The translations under genes were made by a program, and so were the position numbers. This document shows, piece by piece, positions 57,726 to 64,000 of a stretch of DNA of 64,000 nt. This stretch comes from an uncultured Verrucomicrobiota bacterium (GTDB lineage Bacteria; Verrucomicrobiota; Verrucomicrobiia; Limisphaerales; UBA9464): NCBI GenBank assembly GCA_903922605.1, contig CAIXUG010000070.1, positions 22,407 to 86,406 on the forward strand, given 5' to 3'. The notes under the pieces were generated by a model that saw only the letters and a program-made list of their open reading frames with translations, was not told where the DNA came from and did no database searches. How positions within the stretch are numbered: position 1 is the first letter of the stretch; every line of letters begins with the position of its first letter.

Positions 57726-57789
57726 TTGGTTACTGATTTATTTACTATTGTAAATCAACCGTCCTTGTCAAGCCAGTCCGGGTCACAAT
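57726..57789 (-). promoter_or_regulatory. conserved upstream block, copy upstream of the truncated HAF paralog
   Basis: See 55471-55529. Gene-strand sequence AATTGTGACCCGGACTGGCTTGACAAGGACGGTTGATTTACAATAGTAAATAAATCAGTAACCAA. Confidence 0.35.
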
Positions 57790-57859
57790 TTGGTGTGGCC
57801 CACCGCAGCAAGTGCGGCACCAACTTACATCACTGAATTACAACGCTTACGTACAATAA

Positions 57860-59275
57860 TCACCCCATCCCTTTCACCGCCTTGAACATTGCCAGGCACT
57901 TCGGGCGTTGTTCATCATGTAACACAATCCGGGCGGGATACCTATGGCGATCCGCACTGAAAAACGGTTCCTCCCACGGCTGATGGATGGTTTCGTTGGG
58001 CAGGCCGGCAAGTTCTGGCACCCAGCGGCGCACGAACACGCCTTCGGGATCGAACTTCTCCCCCTGCGACACGGGATTGAAGATGCGGAAGTAGGGTGCC
58101 GCGTCGGTGCCGGTGCCTGCGCTCCACTGCCAGCCACCGTTATTGGCCGCGAGATCGCCATCCACGAGCTGCTGCATAAACCAGCGCTCACCCCGTCGCC
58201 AGCTGATCAGCAGGTCTTTGGTAAGAAACATCGCGACGATCATGCGGAGCCGGTTGTGCATGGTACCCGTGGCGGCGAGACGCCGCATGGCGGCATCCAC
58301 GATCGGATACCCCGTCTGGCCGGCACACCAGGCCTGAAAATGCGCCTCCTTTCCGCTCCATGCCAACGCGTCGTACTCGGGGCGGAAACAACCTTTCAGC
58401 ACGTGTGGAAAGTTGTGCAGCACCTGCTGGTAAAACTCGCGCCAGATCAGTTCGTTCAGCCAGATGTCGCAGCCACGCCGGCCTTGTTCATCCGCCTGCT
58501 CGCGCACTGCCGCCAGGCGAGCCAGCACGGTGCGGATACCAATCGTCCCCGCCCGGAGGTGCGGTGAAAGCGAGGACGTGCCATCCACGGCGGGAAAGTT
58601 CCGCTCCGTGTCGTAGCGTAACACAGGGCCGGCGAGGAACCGATCCAGCAGGTCTTTCGCGGCGCGCTCGCCGGCCGCCGGCAGCGTCTGTTTCAACGGA
58701 AAACCCAACTCGGCGGGATCAAGGATTAACGGGTCCGACGCAATTTCACGGGCCGCCTCTGCCGCCGGTTCGAGACGGGGCACTGGCGCAGGCACCGGGC
58801 GCGACTTCCAGGCCTTGGAGTAGGGCGTGTAAACGGTATAAGGCGCGCCCGAAAGGTTCAGAATTTCGCGCTCCTCCCACGCCACCGCATCCTTGAAAAG
58901 TTCGAAGCCGACACCTTGTTTATACAAGGCCGCTGCCACACGTTTATCGCGCGCTTGGGCATAGGGCTCATAGCGTTTGTTGGCAAAGACCGCTTCCGCG
59001 CCGGTCTCCCGGGCGAACTTCGGCAGGACCTCCTCGGACTTGCCATGCCGGATGATGAGGCGATGGCCCAGATGCTCCAGATTGCGCCGCAACATTTCCA
59101 GCGATTGGAACAGAAACCCGAGCCGGGCCGCCCCCACGTCGGGCCCGGTGCGAAAGGCGTCTTCGAGAATGAACAGCGGGATGACCCGCTTGCCGCGCAT
59201 GGACGCCTCGTTTAACGCCACGTTATCCGTCACCCGCAGGTCACGGCGAAACCAATGGATGACGGTCGGCATCAA
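57860..59275 (-). CDS. phrB: deoxyribodipyrimidine photolyase (cryptochrome/photolyase family)
   Basis: MMPTVIHWFRRDLRVTDNVAL.. N-terminal photolyase domain. FAD-binding C-terminal blocks TGYPIVDAAMR..G.MHNRLRM..GGWQW..G.DAAPYFRIFNP. Confidence 0.94.
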   Translation of the reverse strand: MMPTVIHWFRRDLRVTDNVALNEASMRGKRVIPLFILEDAFRTGPDVGAARLGFLFQSLEMLRRNLEHLGHRLIIRHGKSEEVLPKFARETGAEAVFANKRYEPYAQARDKRVAAALYKQGVGFELFKDAVAWEEREILNLSGAPYTVYTPYSKAWKSRPVPAPVPRLEPAAEAAREIASDPLILDPAELGFPLKQTLPAAGERAAKDLLDRFLAGPVLRYDTERNFPAVDGTSSLSPHLRAGTIGIRTVLARLAAVREQADEQGRRGCDIWLNELIWREFYQQVLHNFPHVLKGCFRPEYDALAWSGKEAHFQAWCAGQTGYPIVDAAMRRLAATGTMHNRLRMIVAMFLTKDLLISWRRGERWFMQQLVDGDLAANNGGWQWSAGTGTDAAPYFRIFNPVSQGEKFDPEGVFVRRWVPELAGLPNETIHQPWEEPFFSADRHRYPARIVLHDEQRPKCLAMFKAVKGMG

Positions 59276-59328
59276 TTAATAAGGAAGGCAGGCGCTTCAC
59301 CGCCATTCATCCCTCATCCTTCCATCGC

Positions 59329-60366
59329 TCACTTCCGGTTGCCGCCCAGAGGCCCGATGTCAGCGCCCGTGAGGCCCGGGCTTTGCACGATCTTGCTGAA
59401 TGCGCCGCAGGTCACCGAATACTCGAAGCCCGTGCCCGTGCCCGCCGCGCCGAAACGGCCCCGCTTGTCCACCGCGATGAAATTGATCGAGAGGTCGAAG
59501 CCCTTGGGGTCGATCCGCGCGCAACGCCTGATCACCTCGATGCAGGCCTCCTGGGGGTGCAGGCCCTGCCGCATGAGCTCCACAATGAGAAAGGAGCTGC
59601 AATAGCGCATGACGTTCTCGCCGAGGCCGGTGGCGCCCGCCGCACCCACCTCGTTGTCCACGTAGAGGCCGCTGCCGATGATCGGCGAATCGCCGACGCG
59701 CCCGGGCAGCTTGTAGCCCCAGCCGCTGGTGGAGCAGCCGCCGAAGACATTGCCATCCGCGCCGAGCAGCAGCAGGGCGATGGTGTCGTGGTTCTTCGCA
59801 GGGCGCTTTTTGCTGTCAGCGTCATTCGCCCGTTGCTGCTTGGCCTTCCAGTTCTTCCACTCGTTGCGCTGCTTGTCGGACACCTTGGGGCCGCGCTCGA
59901 AACCGTGTTCCGCCGCGAAGCTTTCCGCCCCCGCCCCGACCAGCATCACGTGCTTGGTCTGCTCCATCACGGCGCGCGCGATGGAGATCGGGTGGCGGTA
60001 TCCGGAGACGGCCGCCACACTGCCCGCACGATGGCCGGGACCGGACATGATGCACGAGTCGAGCTGCACGATGCCGGCGGAGTTAGGGATGCCGGCCAGG
60101 CCCACGCTGGGGTTGTTGGGATCGGACTCGACGACGTGGATGCCCTGCTCCACCGCGTCCAGCCCGCTGCCCCCGCCCTGCAGCACGGCCAGGGCCTTCT
60201 CATTGGCCGGCTTGCCGAAAGGCCAGGTGGAAATGAGCAGCGGCGCGCCTGCGCTCAGGTCAGCCAAGGGGAGCATGGAAGCACCGGTGGCTCGGTTGAT
60301 GAGGCGACCGCCCACAAGCGCGGTGGCGGCACTGGCGAGAAAGCGGCGGCGGGGCATGGCGGACAT
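59329..60366 (-). CDS. N4-(beta-N-acetylglucosaminyl)-L-asparaginase / isoaspartyl peptidase family (Ntn hydrolase), TAT signal
   Basis: MSAMPRRRFLASAATALVGG twin-arginine leader. HDTIALL..GGCSTSGW autoprocessing Thr region. GRVGDSPIIGSGLY. Confidence 0.88.
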   Translation of the reverse strand: MSAMPRRRFLASAATALVGGRLINRATGASMLPLADLSAGAPLLISTWPFGKPANEKALAVLQGGGSGLDAVEQGIHVVESDPNNPSVGLAGIPNSAGIVQLDSCIMSGPGHRAGSVAAVSGYRHPISIARAVMEQTKHVMLVGAGAESFAAEHGFERGPKVSDKQRNEWKNWKAKQQRANDADSKKRPAKNHDTIALLLLGADGNVFGGCSTSGWGYKLPGRVGDSPIIGSGLYVDNEVGAAGATGLGENVMRYCSSFLIVELMRQGLHPQEACIEVIRRCARIDPKGFDLSINFIAVDKRGRFGAAGTGTGFEYSVTCGAFSKIVQSPGLTGADIGPLGGNRK

Positions 60367-60444
60367 GGCGAAAGGGTGCGCTGACCGGCCGAGATGGCAA
60401 GACGACATGGAAATGGTGTCATTCCTGACCCGGAAACGGGCGCT

Positions 60445-63400
60445 TCAGTTCCCAGTCCCGGTAGGCGGTGTAGGCGGCGGTGGTACGGCCTGCAGGACCA
60501 GTTCTCCAAGATCGATGGGCACCAGGGCGTTGGCCGCTTCATCGCCGACATTGACCGGCTGGCTTATCTGTCCCAGTTGGATGCGTTCCCATTGTTTGCC
60601 GTCCGGCTTCTGCTCACTGGCATTGAGATTGAGCGTATAGGAACCGGGGAGTACGCCATCGACACTGAAGGTGCCATCCGGCTGGACCTGGATCGAATAC
60701 ATCTGCACCTGACGCATGGCCGCGATTGTTTCCGGAAGGCTCTGCCAGGCCTGAAAATCGGCCGGGGTCTTCAGATTGGAGGGCGCCTGAGGATACGGAG
60801 TACCCAGATTCCCGCCGAAACTCGCATTGGTATGCCCGGCGGTCGCGGCGGCAAAGTTCAGACGGCCCGTGATGATCGCCCCCACATTCCCGATGTTCAC
60901 CGTCGCCGTCTGGCCGGGCAGCACCTCGACCGGGGTGCGGTGGCTGTGCATCCAGGAATTCGGCGCGGTCTGGATCAGGCGCACCACTGCGCGTTCACCG
61001 GGAGGCACATCGTTGAGGACAAACTTGCCGTCCTTGTCGGTGTCCACCTTGAAGGCGTTCCAGTCGGCATTGAGACCGCCCGGACCGGGATCGGATAGGC
61101 TCAGGAACACTCCCTGCCCTTCCGCCGGCTTGCCGGAAACATACAGCGTGCCCTCAATGCGGCCAAAGGGCTGGAGCACGATGGTCTTGGTCTGCTGAAA
61201 TTCTGCCCAGCTGATCTCACCGTAACCCGCCGGAGAAATGGCGATCAGCAGCATCGGATCAGGGACTGCCGGCGGTTTGAAATGGCCCTGGGCATCGGCG
61301 CGGGTGACGTTGCCGCGGCTGCCGTTGCTCATCAGACGACTGCGGCCGACCTGCAACCCGGAATTCCAATCTTTGCCGCTGACACCCACCTGGGCCTCGG
61401 GCACCGGTTGACCGGCGGCATCGACCACGATGCCTTCCGGAACCTGGCTCGCCTCCAGCAGCACCGTAACGGTCACGTAGTCATCCTGGGGAGCCGGCAG
61501 CAGGACGAATTTGGGCAGATAGTCATCAGCGGAAACCTTGATGACATTGTGTTCCTCATCGCTGACCTCGAGCGTGAAATGCCCCTCCGTGTCTGCGAAG
61601 TCACGCTTGTCCGAATCGCTCCAGGAGTTGAACCCATTCTCATCACCTTTGGCCGGCATGACCGAGAATTTGGTGACGGGCTGGCTGGTCTGGGCGTCGC
61701 CCACCACCCCGAGCACTTTACGGTTATGGGTCAGGCGGACGACGTTGTCCTCCTCGCCGGTCTTGAGTTTCACGCCGCGCTTCTGGGCGTAGCCCTCCTT
61801 GCCGACATAGAATTCGGATTCCCCCTCGGGCGCACTCTTCCATTCGAAGCGCCCCTGCTCGTCCGTGGTTCCCTCCCACTCGATATTGTTCCGCTGCGTC
61901 CACTCGTAGTCGTAGTTGCGCGGCTCATAATTGATCCGGACCTGGGCCACCGGCTGACCGTCCGGGTCGAGTACAATGCCCTTGAGCGAAGCCCCCTGTG
62001 TCAGCTTGAGAGTCAGCTCGGTGGTGTTGGTGCCGGGCGTGATCGCCTTGGTCGCCGGCGTATAGCCATCGGCGATGGCCGTGACGGCTTGCAGCTCCCC
62101 CTTCACGTTGAGCAGCCGGAAACGCCCATCCGACCCCGAAGTCGTCTCGCGGTTGGAATCACCGCCCCAGCGATGGCCGGCTTTCACCTTGGCCCCTGGG
62201 AACGGCTTGTCATCCGGCCCGAGCACGATGCCCGTCACCTCATGACCGCGCGCGAGTTTGATGACATAGGTCAGATTCGTGAGTTGGGTGGTGAGTTTGT
62301 CGTTCTCACCCAAAACCGTTCCCGGAGCCGATACATAATCCGGATGATGGGCACTCACATAGACGTCGGGCAACATGACCAGGGGCACGCCTTTTACCGT
62401 CCATTTGCCCTCGGCATCCGTCGTGGCTTCACGATGGTCGAATTCGTAGTCGGCCTGCTTCACCTCGTCTTCGCCCCCCCGGTAAATTCGTCCCACCCCC
62501 ACATTCGCCCCGGCCAAAGGCTGGCCGTCAGGGTCTTGCACGATGCCACCGATGGTAAGACCTCCTTTTAATCGGATTTCCACGTTCGGCGGCAGCTTGT
62601 CGCCTTTCTTCAGGTTTACCTCTTTTTTGCCGGTCACGTAATTCTCCGCCTCCACCCGGATTTCCAGGAGGTCCAGGCCATCCTGGCTCTGCTGCACCGC
62701 GGCTACGCCATTGACCGCCGTGACGCCTTCGCGGTCGTAGTCGGCGAAATCCGGCGTGTCCACATGCTCCTTGCCGTGCACCTTCACCTTGGCTCCGGCA
62801 ATCGGCTTCCCCGTGGCCGCGTCCAGGGCGGTGACATACTGGGTGCCGGTCAGCCCGCCGCGGCCTTCGTCCAGATCATGGAAGTCCCCGTCGCGCGCTC
62901 CCGGCGGCAGCCCGTCCAGCGTGACACCCACAATCACCAGCGTCGGATTGGCCATGGCACTGACAAATTCCAACGACTTCACCGGCTTGTTGGTGTCCGG
63001 ATTGGCCAGCGAAGTCAGATAGAGGCGCGGCGACTTGCCCCATTTGGAAGCATCCGGGTGCTTGCCGCGCCAGACGGCCTTGCTGTGCGCGTCGCTGACT
63101 GTCGCCGGCTCCTCGTAACGCTTCCCCCACCAGTCGCGCACGTGAACTCCGTATTGCAACGGCGAGCGTTTGAAGGAGCCGTCGGCATAGCGCCAGACCA
63201 CCTCGGCCACCCTGGTGCCGGCGGCATCATCGTAAGAGGAGCCGCCCAGCAGGTGCAGGGTGGCGAAATTGGTCGGATGGGGCAGCGGCAGGACCACCTT
63301 CTCACGATAGTTCCGTTTCTGCTCCGCGCGGAGTTTGCCCGAAAGCTGGACGATGCCCTCGATCCAAAAGCGCACCCCCGCAAACTCATTCGTACGTCCA

Positions 63401-63660
63401 TGGGGCACGACGGACCACACTCCCCCTTTCTGATAATCCCCGTTCTCCGCCGACGTGAAAAGATTGGTCAGGGACAGCGGGGTGACCGGAGGCAGCGGCT
63501 TTTTCTTCGCTACCGGAGCCGGAACATCCGCCGCCTTTACGGCGTTTGTTGGGGAAGCAGCCGGCACCGCATCCTCAGCCGGTGCCACGGACACGCACAC
63601 GAGGCTGCCCAGCAGGAACGCTAGCAACGTAAACCGCCGGACGAGAGGAATCTCCTTCAT
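60445..63660 (-). CDS. large secreted protein: unknown N-terminal domain + ~8 carboxypeptidase-regulatory-like beta-sandwich repeats
   Basis: Signal peptide MKEIPLVRRFTLLAFLLGSLVCVSVAPA. Recurrent G(I/V)V.D..GQP...A.V motifs (GIVQDPDGQPLAGANVGV, GIVLGPDDKPFPGAKVKA, GIVLDPDGQPVAQVRI, GIVVDAAGQPVPEAQVGV ...). Pro-rich C-terminus. Confidence 0.8.
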   Translation of the reverse strand: MKEIPLVRRFTLLAFLLGSLVCVSVAPAEDAVPAASPTNAVKAADVPAPVAKKKPLPPVTPLSLTNLFTSAENGDYQKGGVWSVVPHGRTNEFAGVRFWIEGIVQLSGKLRAEQKRNYREKVVLPLPHPTNFATLHLLGGSSYDDAAGTRVAEVVWRYADGSFKRSPLQYGVHVRDWWGKRYEEPATVSDAHSKAVWRGKHPDASKWGKSPRLYLTSLANPDTNKPVKSLEFVSAMANPTLVIVGVTLDGLPPGARDGDFHDLDEGRGGLTGTQYVTALDAATGKPIAGAKVKVHGKEHVDTPDFADYDREGVTAVNGVAAVQQSQDGLDLLEIRVEAENYVTGKKEVNLKKGDKLPPNVEIRLKGGLTIGGIVQDPDGQPLAGANVGVGRIYRGGEDEVKQADYEFDHREATTDAEGKWTVKGVPLVMLPDVYVSAHHPDYVSAPGTVLGENDKLTTQLTNLTYVIKLARGHEVTGIVLGPDDKPFPGAKVKAGHRWGGDSNRETTSGSDGRFRLLNVKGELQAVTAIADGYTPATKAITPGTNTTELTLKLTQGASLKGIVLDPDGQPVAQVRINYEPRNYDYEWTQRNNIEWEGTTDEQGRFEWKSAPEGESEFYVGKEGYAQKRGVKLKTGEEDNVVRLTHNRKVLGVVGDAQTSQPVTKFSVMPAKGDENGFNSWSDSDKRDFADTEGHFTLEVSDEEHNVIKVSADDYLPKFVLLPAPQDDYVTVTVLLEASQVPEGIVVDAAGQPVPEAQVGVSGKDWNSGLQVGRSRLMSNGSRGNVTRADAQGHFKPPAVPDPMLLIAISPAGYGEISWAEFQQTKTIVLQPFGRIEGTLYVSGKPAEGQGVFLSLSDPGPGGLNADWNAFKVDTDKDGKFVLNDVPPGERAVVRLIQTAPNSWMHSHRTPVEVLPGQTATVNIGNVGAIITGRLNFAAATAGHTNASFGGNLGTPYPQAPSNLKTPADFQAWQSLPETIAAMRQVQMYSIQVQPDGTFSVDGVLPGSYTLNLNASEQKPDGKQWERIQLGQISQPVNVGDEAANALVPIDLGELVLQAVPPPPTPPTGTGN

Positions 63661-63740
63661 GGCTTGATTGAGCTTGGGGTGAGCTAAGGCACCCCGGTGT
63701 CACCGGTCAAGTGACCATTCGTCACGGCAGCTGCTCCATC

Positions 63741-63798
63741 ATGCTCTTGCTCGTGCTCTGGCTCCTTCCGTCGTCCGATTGAAGACGAGCAAGAGCAT
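63741..63798. repeat. 6-nt-period repeat hairpin with a perfect 14-bp stem
   Basis: 63741-63754 ATGCTCTTGCTCGT and 63785-63798 ACGAGCAAGAGCAT are exact reverse complements. Arms are built of TGCTCN / GAGCAN hexamers. Lies between the upstream gene stop and the 1071-aa gene start. Confidence 0.7.
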
Positions 63799-63847
63799 GA
63801 GCAACAGCAAGAACCGCTCTTATATCAGCTCTTCAGACGACTCCCGC

Positions 63848-64000
63848 TCACTGCCAGCCGTGAATGACTTCCAGCACTACATCCATGGGCACCACGAGGC
63901 TGTAGCCCGTATGAATTTCAAAGTCATTCGTCCCGGAGCCGACGTGTTTGGCGATCAAGCCTGACAAGAGACCGATCAGCTTCCACTGGTGTCCGGCGTC
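63848..64000 (-). CDS. 3-prime end of an unidentified CDS entering from beyond the window
   Basis: Manual minus-strand translation ..DAGHQWKLIGLLSGLIAKHVGSGTNDFEIHTGYSLVVPMDVVLEVIHGWQ*, stop at 63848-63850. Too short to assign a family. Confidence 0.5.
   Translation of the reverse strand, partial: DAGHQWKLIGLLSGLIAKHVGSGTNDFEIHTGYSLVVPMDVVLEVIHGWQ

Overview
This is a high-GC chromosomal window. A PSCyt/DUF1549/DUF1553 + DUF1501 gene pair, a DUF1559-type prepilin-like protein, tandem HAF-repeat proteins and many short palindromic intergenic repeats suggest a PVC-group bacterium, probably Verrucomicrobiota (inference only). I support about 60 real CDS. Most long ORFs antisense to them in the six-frame track are GC artefacts. 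Housekeeping blocks: rsmA (partial), def, parB (no parA nearby), ffs-dnaX-ybaB-recR, aroQ-accB-accC, proA, pabB-pabC, and a truncated ribosomal cluster rpsL-rpsG-fusA-rpsJ-rplC-rplD-rplW that ends in a strong intrinsic terminator. One RNA gene was hidden under an ORF-track extension: a small SRP (4.5S-type) RNA upstream of dnaX. Accessory content: a low-GC single-gene island encoding a 4-TM protein beside parB; a MazF/AbrB-like toxin-antitoxin pair; a three-member family of uncharacterised proteins (two in tandem); a small HNH-endonuclease cassette flanked by a duplicated 5-prime end of the DUF1501 gene; a low-GC zinc-ribbon gene; a tandem array of four HAF-repeat paralogs plus one truncated copy that share a C-terminal RFYRAVLLP-type module; and a 1071-aa secreted multi-beta-sandwich protein. 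The window also holds several families of short repeats: 7-nt-period hairpin arrays (two of them in frame inside an aminotransferase gene), a 118-bp four-hairpin element in two copies, and a MITE-like element with perfect 23-bp terminal inverted repeats. I saw no CRISPR array, tRNA, rRNA, transposase, integrase or phage genes. I found no clear multi-gene novel system with recognisable enzymology. The best leads are the uncharacterised paralog family, the HNH cassette, the HAF array and the intragenic repeats, and all need database or structure searches I cannot run.
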